Below are positions 49,360-61,140 of a stretch of DNA of 64,000 nucleotides, piece after piece. Origin of the DNA: Anthoceros angustus. Its lineage: Eukaryota > Plantae > Anthocerotophyta. The notes below the pieces were generated by a model that saw only the letters and a program-made list of their open reading frames with translations, ran no database searches and was not told the origin of the DNA. The translations under genes and the position numbers were made by a program. The DNA lies in contig MU008165.1 in the NCBI GenBank assembly GCA_010909165.1, positions 806,001 to 870,000 of the forward strand. The letters are read 5' to 3'. Position 1 is the first letter of the stretch. Every line of letters begins with the position of its first letter.

Positions 49360-50462
49360 TGATCTACTGTTAAGGTTTGTTCAATGAAGATTGATGTTCT
49401 CCTTTACGGAGGGATGAGTTTATGCATGTATATTCCTATGTGTGCTAACGAATTCATTCTCTCTACTTGTTCTCTACAGTTTCCCTAGAGGGCACGTAAA
49501 TTACCCAAAGGCGAGACCTAAACCAAAGATTTCCTCCACGCCATGAACTTCAAAATCTCCTACTCTTGCAAATATCTTTTAATGATCGTGTGATCTACGG
49601 TTGTTAAGGTCTGTTCAATGAAGATTCATGTTCTCCTTTATAGAGGGATGGGTGTATGCATGTGTATTCCGGCGCGTGTTAACGAATTCATTCTTTCTAC
49701 TTGCTTCCTACAGGTTTCCCTAGAGGGCACGTAAATTACCCAAAGGGCGAGACCTAAACCGAAAGATTTCCTCCGCACCATGAACTTAAAAATCTCACAT
49801 TCTTGCAAATATCTTTAAATAATCGTGTGATCTACGGTTGTTAAGGTTTGTTCAATGAAGATTCATGTTCTCCTTATAGAGGATGAGTTTATGCATGTAT
49901 GTTCCTATGTGTGCTAACGAATTCATTCTCTCTACTTGTTCTCTGAGTTTCCCTAGAGGGCACGTAAATTACCCAAAGGGCAACACCTAAATCGAAATAG
50001 TTCCTCCGCGCCATGAACTTCAAAATCTCATACTCTTGCAAATATCTTTTAATGATTGTGTGATCTACAGTTGTTAAGGTCTGTTCCATGAAGATTCATG
50101 TTCTCCTTTATAGAGGGATGGGTGTATGCATGTGTATTCCGGCGCGTGTTAACGAATTCATTCTTTCTACTTGTTCCCTACAGGTTTCCCTAGAGGGCAC
50201 GTAAATTACCCAAAGGGCGAGGCCTAAACCGAAAGATTTCTTCCGCACCATGAACTTAAAAATCTCACATTCTTGCAAATATCTTTTAATAATCGTGTGA
50301 TCTACTGTTAAGGTTTGTTCAATGAAGATTCATGTTCTCCTTTATAGAGGATGAGTTTATGCATGTATGTTCCTGTGTGTGCTAAGAATTCATTCTCTCT
50401 ACTTGTTCCTGGGTTTCCCTAGAGGGCACGTAAATTACCCAAAGGGCGAGACCTAAACCGAA
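49360..50462. repeat. ~236-bp tandem repeat, alternating A/B variants, x5 (unit 1); x3 at 53652-54292, x5 at 57680-58752, x5 at 61790-62857
   Basis: Core gaagattcatgttctccttta..ccctagagggcacgtaaattacccaaagggcgagacctaaaccgaaaga. A has atgagtttatgcatgtatgttcc; B has atgggtgtatgcatgtgtattcc. Confidence 0.95.
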
Positions 50463-50493
50463 GAAATACTCCTATTTATCAATCTTTAAAATT

Positions 50494-51297
50494 ATGGAGT
50501 CCACAATGAAAATTGAAGTGAGAATGTTTGAAGAAAGATACATATGTGGAAAATGTATCGGTGAAGGAGGTTTTTCCAAAGTCTATGAATGCTATGACAA
50601 ATATACGGAAAGATATTTTTGCAAAATTATGAAAAATCTAAAGACATAAATGATGCAATATGTAGAGATCAACACTCTTGATCTCTTCCAAAATATTCTC
50701 ATATTATTAACACAAAAGTGTTCATGAGGATATTGAACATATTTATATTGTGATGGAGCTATGTACCAATGGTACACTAAAGGATGAACTAAAAAGGGGA
50801 GCTTATTGTGAAGAGGATGCAAAAATACTTATGTTTAACCTAATGGAGGCAATCAATTTTGCCACAGGCATAATGTTATGCATCGCGATTTGAAACCGCT
50901 AATATACTATTACTTAGTCTCAAAGTCATACTAGCAGACTTTGGTTTGTCTCCATGTCTCCAAAAGCGAACATGAATTATTATGCTGCAGGAACCCCATG
51001 TTACATGGCTCGGAGGTATTGAGTCGGAAGACGATGTAAACATAAGCTATACTTCAAAAGCCGATATTTGGAGCGCAGAGTCATTTTGTATGAAGTTTTA
51101 ACGAAATCGTCCTTATATAGGATATGAGTTCGACGTAAAAAGAAGAATGGATAACTCAATTGGACCTAGATGAGTGGCCCAACATGTCACACAGTGAAAG
51201 ATCTACTACACTCAATGTTACATTTAGAACAAGAGTGTAGACCGGATCTTGACAAGTTCTAAACCATTCTTGGTTTTGCTCGCTATCTTATATATGA
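50494..51297 (+). CDS. Minimal (~267 aa) CAMK/CDPK-like Ser/Thr kinase, intronless and AT-rich, unit 1
   Basis: Cross-copy consensus: IGEGGFSKVYEC, FACK, REINTL, IYIVMELCTNG, VMHRDLKPANILL, LADFGL, GTPCYMAPEV, KADIWSAGVILY, WPNMS..DLLHSML..VLNHSWF*. Two 60-nt lines counted at about 32-33% GC. Confidence 0.9.
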
Positions 51298-51639
51298 AAG
51301 ATAGTAATTTTATTATATAAGAACTTTTATTTGTATTATATATTTTAATATAATGATTTTTATTTTAACTTTATTCATAATTTCATTAAACCACTCTTGA
51401 CCTCTTTCTTGTGGAAAAGTCTTCAAGCCATGCAAGCGAGTCATGAAATTGATGTAGTGAAGCTAAGATTGGAGTATATCGCTATGTGTTTAGCCTGAGT
51501 CTTTGTTTTGGTCATTGTCATAGCATGGCATAATAGCATCGGACAATTTCTTCTTCTATAGCTACGCATATTATAGTTACTAAATCGCATGTTAGAATCT
51601 TGGCCGGGTTCAAACCACGATTCTGCGCTCTAAGCGGTG

Positions 51640-52830
51640 CTCAGCTGGGGCGACCACACCAAGGGTGTGCGAATGTTTTGAATCATGAGCCGAGCAAGTG
51701 AGCGTGGCACAGGCGGTGTGAAGATGGCGGCGAGAAGGAAAATTGGCATTTAGGAAGCGGATTGTTGAAGTCCCACCTTGCGGTAGTCACAGAGAACTCC
51801 TAGCACAGGCAATGGACACCGTTCGAAAGAAGCCATCACACAAGAAAGGGGCGGGTAGGCTTTAGCACGCCTTGATGAACTGGAGAAATCCTTGCCCATG
51901 GCCCCGTGAGTCTCGATGGCAAGGGGATGAAGGCGTGGCCCTTCTTGCATGGGCGTAGTGAACGTTGTTGTCGCGCATCTCGCCGCTGGAGGGTTGATGA
52001 TGGCGTGCTTGCGGGCAAGGTCATTCGGCCACATCCACAACGGTCCCTCGGCCGTCGAGAACATGGCGTCGCGGACGGCGTGATCGTGTGCTGGCCATTT
52101 GGAGAGCGAGGGCTCGGCGGCGAGTCTAAAGAGAGCGAGCCAAAGGTTGGACCAAACCAGGCGGAACCTCATCGCGGTAGAAAAGAAGTGCGACTCGAAA
52201 TACCTTGATGCAAGGTCGGGCTAGAAGCCATGAACACCTCCTTCCCGAGCAAGAGCGGGCGAGCTCGGGTCAAGGAATGGAGGAATCGAGGAGCAAAGCC
52301 CGCGTGCCCATACAAGTTTCTTCTCATGGAGGGAGGCCAAAAGCCGGCCCGTCCAGAGAACGAGGGACGAATGCGGCACGCCTAGCCTCGGAGGATAGGA
52401 CACCTAGCCAATCTTAAGGACAAGCATGCAGGGAAGGCGCCTCCTCGGCGAGACGAGGCCTTGAAGATGCGGTAATCCCAGGATTAGGAAATGGGAGGCC
52501 TAGATGCGGGTTGAGAGGACCAAGCTCAAGCGTCGTGCGGATGCCTTGCGGCGCACTCTAAGGGGCCGCTCTTGAGGTAAGCAATTGCATTCATGTGAGC
52601 ACTTCCTCAACGGACAACCAAGCAAAACAAGTCTAATATGCAAATATAGGTGCAAACCAATTTGTAACACTAGGAGAGAGTAGCTCGCACGTTGTGGTTT
52701 TCCTCCCACACTCTCCCCACGAGAACAACACGCAAATTGTTGGCACATGGCTCTCGGAGTGATAGCTTTGGCCTCCTCACAACACTCTTGCATCGCATAT
52801 CTAGAGGACAAGCTATGATGTGAGCTTGTC
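51640..52830 (-). mobile_element. 3' fragment of a CRE-clade (RLE-type) non-LTR retrotransposon, unit 1
   Basis: Cross-copy consensus RARLRSCSG..SWLLARP..F, HDAVRDAMFSA, VVDVA, KY..GHAFIPLAIETHGAMG..F, FFQQRVSIALQ: the RT C-terminal/zinc-knuckle/RLE tail. No RT core. Confidence 0.8.
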
Positions 52831-54322
52831 CTTTGTGAAAGGGTCTATATAGATATACTAGGCCTTGGCATTGGCATATTCCTAAGATATCCTATTGGCA
52901 TCAGCATATGCCGGAAATATCCAAAGAATACACCATAATATGCAAGGAATATGCTAAAGCATATAACTTGTGTTTATCCACTTAGTTATTGCTAGCGTGT
53001 TTAATTAGGATGTATGCTTAATTAACATAACCACTTCATATTAATTAATTACTAATTACTTAATGATAAGTCATTAGATTAATTAATGCTAGATATAAAT
53101 GAATTTAACCACTTCATATTAATTAATTAATACTAATAACTTACTTAATGATAGGTCATTAGATTAATTAATGCTAGATATAAATGAATTTAACCACTTA
53201 TATTAATTAATTAATACTAATTACTTACTTAATGATAAGTCATTAGATTAATTAATGCTAGATATGAATTTAACCACTTATATTAATTAATTAATACTAA
53301 TAACTTACTTAATGATAGGTCATTAGATTAATTAATGCTAGATATAAATGAATTTAACCACTTCATATTAATTAATTAATACTAATAACTTACTTAATGA
53401 TAAGTCATTAGATTAATTAATGCTAGATATAAATGAATTTAACATAAATCAGCAGCACTATCTCTTTCTAAAATAGATGCCAATATACCAATCGACACAC
53501 GTAGTTGAAAATTTACCAATTTACTAGTTGCCAATATGAAGCTGGTAGTTTCTCATGGGGTATAAATGGTGAGACTTAAATCAGCTACGCTCGGACTGAA
53601 CTTAAAATCTTGTTATCCATTCTTCTTGCATGTAACTTTTCATAATTCTATGATCTACTATTGTTAAGGTTTGTTCAATGAAGATTGATGTTCTCCTTTA
53701 CGGAGGGATGAGTTTATGCATGTATATTCCTATGTTATGCTAACGAATTCATTCTCTCTACTTGTTCTCTACGTTTCCCTAGAGGGCACGTAAATTACCC
53801 AAAGGCGAGACCTAAACCGAAAGATTTCCTCCGCGCCATGAACTTAAAAATCTCACATTCTTGCAAATATCTTTTAATAATCGTGTGATCTACGGTTGTT
53901 AAGGTATGTTCCATGAAGATTCATGTTCTCCTTTATAGAGGGATGGGTGTATGCATGTGTATTCCGGCGTGTTAACGAATTCATTCTTTCTACTTGTTCC
54001 CTCTGGTTTTCCCTAGAGGCACGTAAATTACCCAAAGGGCGAGACCTAAACCGAAAGATTTCCTCACCATGAACTTAAAAATCTCACATTCTTGCAAATA
54101 TCTTTTAATAATCGTGTGATCTACGGTTGTTAAGGTTTGTTCAATGAAGATTCATGTTCTCCTTTACGGAGGGATGAGTTTATGCATGTATGTTCCTATG
54201 TGTGCTAGCAATTCATTCTCTCTACTTGTTCTCTCTGAGGTTTCCCTAGAGGGCACGTAAATTACCCAAAGGGCGAGACCTAAACCGAAAGAAATACTCC
54301 TATTTATCAATCTTTTAAAATT

Positions 54323-55123
54323 ATGGAGTCCACAATGAAAATTGAAGTGAGAATGTTTGAAGAAAGATACATATGTGGAAAATGTATCGGTGAAGGAGGT
54401 TTTTCCAAAGTCTATGAATGCTATGACAAATATACGGAAAGATATTTGCCCAAAATTATGAAAAATCTAAAGACATAAATGATGCAATATGGAGAGATCA
54501 ACACTCTTGATCTCTTCCAAAATATTCTCATATTATTAACACAAAAGTGTTCATGAGGATATTGAACATATTTATATTGTGATGGAGCTATGTACCAATG
54601 GTACACTAAAGGATGAACTAAAAAAGGGGAGCTTATTGTGAAGAGGATGCAAAAATACTTATGTTTAACCTAATGGAGGCAATCAATTTTGCCCAGGGCA
54701 TAATGTTATGCATCGCGATTTGAAACCGGCTAATATACTATTACTTATATCTCAAAGTCATACTAGCAGACTTTGGTTTATGCATTCCATGTCTCCAAAA
54801 CGAACATGAATTATTATGCGAGTGCAGAACCCCATGTTACATGGCTCGGAGGTATTGGAGTAAGGCGATGTAAACATAAGCTATACTTCAAAAGCCGATA
54901 TTTGGAGCAGTCATTTTGTATGAAGTTTTAACCGAATCGTCCTTATATAGGATATGAGTTCGACACAAAAGAAGAATGGATAACTCAATTGGACCTAGAT
55001 GGGTGGCCCAACATGTCACACGGTGAAGATCTACTACACTCAATGTTACATTTAGAACAAGAGTGTAGAGGATCTTGACAAGTTCTAAACCATTCTTGGT
55101 TTTGCTCGCTATCTTATATATGA
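54323..55123 (+). CDS. Minimal CDPK-like kinase, unit 2
   Basis: Same motifs as unit 1. Confidence 0.9.
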
Positions 55124-55439
55124 AAGATAGTAATTTTATTACATAAGAACTTTTATTTGTATTATATATTTTTAATATAATGATTTTTATTTTAACTTTA
55201 TTCATAATTTCATTAAACCACTTCGGCCTCTTTCTTGTGGAAAGTCTTCAAGCCATGCAAGCGTCATGAAATTGATGTAGTGAAGCTAAGATTGGAGTAT
55301 ATCGCTATGTGTTTAGCCGGGTGAGTCTTTATTTTGGTCATTGTCATAGCATGGCATAATAGCATCGGACAATTTCTTCTTCTATAGCTCGCATATTATA
55401 GTTACTAAATCGCATGTTAGAATCTTGGGTTAAAACCCC

Positions 55440-57030
55440 GATTTCTCGGCTCTAAGCGGGCTCAGCGTGCTTGTGGGGCGACCACCAAGGTGTGCGAATG
55501 TTTTGAATCATGAGCCGGGCAACGTGGCGAGGCGGAGTGTGAAGATGGCGGTGCGAGAAGGAAAATTGGCATTTAGGGGAAAGCGGCTATTGTTGAAGTC
55601 CCACCTTGCGGTGGTCACGGAGAGAACTCCTACCTGCAGGCAATGGACACCCGTTGCTGAAGAAGCCATCACACAAGAAAAGGGGGCGGGCTGTAGGCTT
55701 AGAGCCTTGATGAACTGGAGAAATCCTTGCCCATGGCCCCGTGAGTCTCGATGGCAAGGGGATGAAGGCGTGGCCCTTCTTGCATGGGCGAGTACTTGTG
55801 AGCGTTCGTTGTCGCATCTCTCCGCCACCCAACCGGAGGGTTGATGATGGCGATCTGCGGGCGGTGTCCGGGCAAGTGCATACGGACATCTGACGTCCCC
55901 CTCGGCCGAGAACATGGCGTCATGACGGACGTGCGTGGCGCGCCGCACGGAGCGAGCTACCGGTCTAAAGAGAGCAGCCAAAGGTTGGACCAAACCCAGT
56001 GAACCTCATCAGTAGAAAAGAAGCCGGTGCGACTAAATACCTTGATGCAAGGTCGGGCTAGAAGCCATGAACCTCCTTCCCGAGCAAGAGCGGAGGCGAG
56101 CTCGAGGCTGGTCAAGGAATGGAGGAATCGAGGAGCAAAGCTGCGTGCCCATACAAGTTTCTTCTCATGGAGGGAGGCCAAAGCCCGGCCGTCCGCAGAG
56201 AACGAGGGGCAGATGCGGCGCGCCCTAGCCTCGGAGGATAGGACACCTAGCCAATCTTGGGACAAGCATGCAGGGAGGCGCCTCCTCGGCCGAGAACATG
56301 GCGTCGCGACGGCGTGATCGTCAATGCGCTGCCACGGTGGAGAGCGAGGCTACGTGACAGTCTAAAGAGAGCAGCCAAAGGTTGGACCAAACCCAGTGAA
56401 CCTCATCAGTAGAAAAGAAGCCGGTGCGACTCGAAATACCTTGATGCAAGGTCGGGCTAGAAGCCATGAACACCTCCTTCCCGAGCAAGAGCGGAGGCGA
56501 GCTCGTTGGTCAAGGAATGGAGGAATCGAGGAGCAAAGCAGCCACGTGCGCCATACAAGTTTCTTCTCATGGAGGAAAAGCCCCGGCCGTCCGAACGAGG
56601 GGCGAATGCGGCGTGACCGCCCTAGCCTCGGAGGATGGGACACCCTAGCCAATCTTAAGGACAAGCATGCGGGAAGGCGCCTCCTCGACGCACGAAGGCC
56701 TTGAAGATGCGGTAATCCCCGATTAGGAAATGGGAGGCCTAGATGCGGGTTGAGGCTCAAGCGTCGTGCCGGATGCCTTGCAGGCGCCTCTAAGGGCCGC
56801 TCTTGTGAGGTAAGCAATTGCATTCATGTGAGCACTTCCTCAACGGACAACCAAGCAAAACAAGTCTAATATGCAAATACCAATTTGTAACACTAGGAGA
56901 GTAGCTTGCGTTGTGGTTTTCCTCACACCTCACGAGAACAACACGCAAATTCGGCACATGGCTCTGGGTGATAGCTTTGGCCTCCTCACAACTCTCTTGC
57001 ATTGCATATGTAGAGGACAAGTTATGATGT
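55440..57030 (-). mobile_element. CRE-like fragment, unit 2, with an internal ~385-bp tandem duplication (55903-56690)
   Basis: Block from ctcggccgagaacatggcgtc to gcagggaggcgcctcctcg occurs twice, joined through cctcggc. Confidence 0.8.
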
Positions 57031-58786
57031 GAAACTTGTCGCTCAGAAATCTATATAGATATACTGGGCCTTGGCATTGGCATATTCCTAAGATATCCTA
57101 TTGGCGTCTACGAAATATCCAAAGAATACACCATAATATGCAGGAATATGCTAAAGCATATAACTTGTGTTTATCCACTTAGTTGCTACCGTGTTTAATT
57201 AAGATGTCGATGCTTAATTAACATAACCACTTCATATTAATTAATTACTAATTACTTAATGATAAGTCATTAGATTAATTAATGCTAGATATAAATGAAT
57301 TTAACCACTTCATATTAATTAATTACTAATAACTTACTTAATGATAGGTCATTAGATTAATTAATGCTAGATATAAATGAATTTAACCACTTCATATTAA
57401 TTAATTAATACTAATTACTTACTTAATGATAAGTCATTAGATTAATTAATGCTAGATATAAATGAATTTAACATAAATCAGCAGCACTATCTCTTTCTAA
57501 AATAGATGCCAATATACCAATCGACACACTTGAAAATTTACCAATTTACTAGTTGCCAATATGAAGCCCGGTAGTTTCTCATGGGGTATAAATGGGCGAG
57601 ACTTAAATCAAACTACCGCTCGGACTCAACTTAAAATCTTGTTATCCATTCTTCTTGCATGTAACTTTTCATAATTCTATGATCTACGGTTGTTAAGGTT
57701 TGTTCAATGAAGATTGATGTTCTCCTTTACGGAGGGATGAGTTTATGCATGTATATTCCTATGTAACGAATTCATTCTCTCTACTTGTTCTCTCTGTTTC
57801 CCTAGAGGGCACGTAAATTACCCAAAGGCGAGACCTAAACCGAAAGATTTCCGCGCCATGAACTTAAAAATCTCACATTCTTGCAAATATCTTTTAATAA
57901 TCGTGTGATCTACGTTGTTAAGGTATGTTCCATGAAGATTCATGTTCTCCTTTATAGAGGGATGGTGTATGCATGTGTATTCGCGTGTTAACGAATTCAT
58001 TCTTTCTACTTGTTCCTGAGTTTCCCTAGAGGGCACGTAAATTACCCAAAGGGCGAGACCTAAACCGAAAGATTTCCTCCGCCATGAACTTAAAAATCTC
58101 ACATTCTTGCAAATATCTTTTAATAATCGTGTGATCTACTGTTGTTAAGGTTTGTTCAATGAAGATTCATGTTCTCCTTTACGGAGGGATGAGTTTATGC
58201 ATGTATGTTCCTATGTGTGCTAACGAATTCATTCTCTCTACTTGTTCTCTGAGTTTCCCTAGAGGCACGTAAATTACCCAAAGGCGAGACCTAAACCGAA
58301 AGATTTCCTCCGCACCATGAACTTAAAAATCTCACATTCTTGCAAATATCTTTTAATAATCGTGTGATCTACGGTTGTTAAGGTATGTTCCATGAAGATT
58401 CATGTTCTCCTTTATAGAGGATGGGTGTATGCATGTGTATTCGCGTGTTAACGAATTCATTCTTTCTACTTGTTCCCCTGGGTTTCCCTAGAGGGCACGT
58501 AAATTACCCAAAGGCGAGACCTAAACCGAAAGATTTCCTCCGCATGAACTTAAAAATCTCACATTCTTGCAAATATCTTTTAATAATCGTGTGATCTACG
58601 GTTGTTAAGGTTTGTTCAATGAAGATTCATGTTCTCCTTTATAGAGGGATGAGTTTATGCATGTATGTTCCATTAACGAATTCATTCTCTCTACTTGTTC
58701 CTCGAGGTTTCCCTAGAGGGCACGTAAATTACCCAAAGGCGGACCTAAACCGAAAGAAATACTCCTATTTATCAATCTTTAAAATT

Positions 58787-59589
58787 ATGGAGTCCACAAT
58801 GAAAATTGAAGTGAGAATGTTTGAAGAAAGATACATATGTGGAAAATGTATCGGTGAAGGAGGTTTTTCCAAAGTCTATGAATGCTATGACAAATATCGG
58901 AAAGATATTTGCCTGCAAAATTATGAAAAATCTAAAGACATAAATGATGCAATATGTAGAGATCAACACTCTTGATCTCTTCCAAAATATTCTCATATTA
59001 TTAACACAAAAGTGTTCATGAGGATATTGAACATATTTATATTGTGATGGAGCTATGTACCAATGGTACACTAAAGGATGAACTAAAAAGGGGAGCTTAT
59101 TGTGAAGAGGATGCAAAAATACTTATGTTTAACCTAATGGAGGCAATCAATTTTGCCACAGGCATAATGTTATGCATCGCGATTTGAAACCGCTAATATA
59201 CTATTATTTAGTCTCAAAGTCATACTAGCGGACTTTGGTTTGTCATTCCATGTCTCCAAAACGAACATGAATTATTGTGCGATGCGAGAACCCCATGTTA
59301 CATGGCTCGAGGTATTGGAGTCAGACGATGTAAACATAAGCTATACTTCAAAAGCCGATATTTGGAGCGCAGGAGTCATTTTGTATGAAGTTTTAACGAA
59401 ATCGTCCTTATATAGGATATGAGTTACGAAAAAGAAGAATGGATAACTCAATTGGACCTAGATGAGTGGCCCAACATGTCACACAGTGAAAGATCTACTA
59501 CACTCAATGTTACATTTAGAACAAGAGTGTAGACCGGATCTGAACAAGTTCTAAACCATTCTTGGTTTTGCTCGCTATCTTATATATGA
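58787..59589 (+). CDS. Minimal CDPK-like kinase, unit 3
   Basis: Same motifs; ORFs 58619-58975 and 59240-59422. Confidence 0.9.
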
Positions 59590-59899
59590 AAGATAGTAAT
59601 TTTATTACATAAGAACTTTTATTTGTATTATATATTTTTAATATAATGATTTTTATTTTAACTTTATTCATAATTTCATTAAACCACTCTTGAGGCCTCT
59701 TTCTTGTGGAAAGTCTTCAAGCCATGCAAGCGTCATGAAATTGATGTAGTGAAGCTAAGATTGGAGTATATCGCTATGTGTTTAGGATGAGTCTTTGTTT
59801 GGTCATTGTCATAGCATGGCATAATAGCATCGGACAATTTCTTCTTCTATAGCTACGCATATTATAGTTACTAAATCGCATGTTAGAATCTTGACGGGT

Positions 59900-61140
59900 T
59901 CGCAAACCCCGATTACCGGCTCTAAGCTCACGTGCTTGTGGGACGACCACACCAAGGGTGTCGAATGTTTTGAATCATGAGCCGAGCAAGTGAGCGTGGC
60001 CAGGCGGAGTGTGAAGATGGCGGCGTCGAGAAGGAAAATTGGCATTTAGAAGCTATTGTTGAAGTCCCACCTTGCGATCACGGAGAGAACTCCTAGCACT
60101 GCAGGCAATGGACACCGTTGCTGAAGAAGCCATCACACAAGAAAAGTGTGGTAGGCTTTACGAGCCTTGATGAACTGGAGAAATCCTTGCCCATGGCCCC
60201 GTGAGTCTCGATGGCAAGGGGATGAAGGCGTGGCCCTTCTTGCATGGGCGAGTACTTGTGAACGTCGTTGTCGCGCATCTCTCCGCCACCCAACCCGGAG
60301 GGTTGATGATGACGTGCTGCGCGGTGTCCGGGCAAGGTCTTACGCCACATCCACAAACGGTCCCCCCCTCGCCGAGAACATGGCGTCGCGGACGGCGTGA
60401 TGCGTGTAATGCGCGCCGGAGCGAGGGCTACGGTGTCTAAAGAGAGCGGCGCCAAAGGTTGGACCAAACCAGTGAACCTCATCGGTAGAAAAGAAGCCGG
60501 TGCGACTCGAAATACCTTGATGCAAGGTCGGGCTAGAAGCCATGAACTGCTCCCTTCCCCGCAGGCGGAGCGAGCTCGGTCAAGGAATGGAGGAATCGAG
60601 GAGCAAAGCCATGCGCGTGCCCATACAAGTTTCTTCTCATGGAGGGAGGCCAAAGCCCCACGCAGCCGTCCGCAGAGAACGAGGACGAATGCATGGCCGC
60701 CCTAGCCTCGGAGGATAGGACACCCCTAGCCAATCTTAAGGACAAGCATGCAGGAAGGCGCCTCCTCGACGCCCGACGAAGGCCTTGAAGATGCGGTAAT
60801 CCCAGGATTAGGAAATGGGAGGCCTAGATGCGGGTTGAGAGGACCAAGCTCAAGCGTCGTGCGGATGCCTTGCGGCGCACTCTAAGGGCCGCTCTTGGAG
60901 TAAGCAATTGCATTCATGTGAGCACTTCCTCAACGGACAACCAAGCAAAACAAGTCTAATATGCAAATACCAATTTGTAACACTAGGAGAGAGTAGCTTG
61001 CGTTGTGGTTTTCCTCCCACACTCTCACGAGAACAACACGCAAATTGCCGCACATGGCTCGGAGTGATAGCTTTGGCCTCCTCACAACTCTCTTGCATTG
61101 CATATGTAGAGGACAAGTTATGATGTGAGCTTGTCCTTTG
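59900..61140 (-). mobile_element. CRE-like fragment, unit 3
   Basis: ORF 60093-60653 carries SWLLARP and LHPLAIETHGAMGKDF. Confidence 0.8.

Noticed and set aside
49360-50462. 236-bp repeats as one continuous repeat protein on the minus strand (VDHTIIKRYLQECEIFKF...)
   Set aside because: The invariant stretch aacatgaatcttcattgaacaaaccttaa of A monomers has stops in all three frames. Only ~66-aa mini-ORFs are possible and these are not clearly beyond chance.
48897-50462. CRISPR-like array
   Set aside because: Monomers are contiguous with no unique spacers, lengths are wrong, there are no cas genes, and the context is eukaryotic.
49360-50462. Hammerhead ribozyme / retrozyme in the repeats
   Set aside because: No CUGAUGA...GAAA core found on either strand.
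50509-50516. Mimivirus early promoter motif AAAATTGA
   Set aside because: It lies inside the likely kinase coding start (atgAAAATTGAag) and is expected by chance in AT-rich DNA.
58772-59116. Minus-strand ORFs over the kinase (also 50592-50822, 54421-54606, 62874-63280)
   Set aside because: Antisense shadows of the kinase frame.
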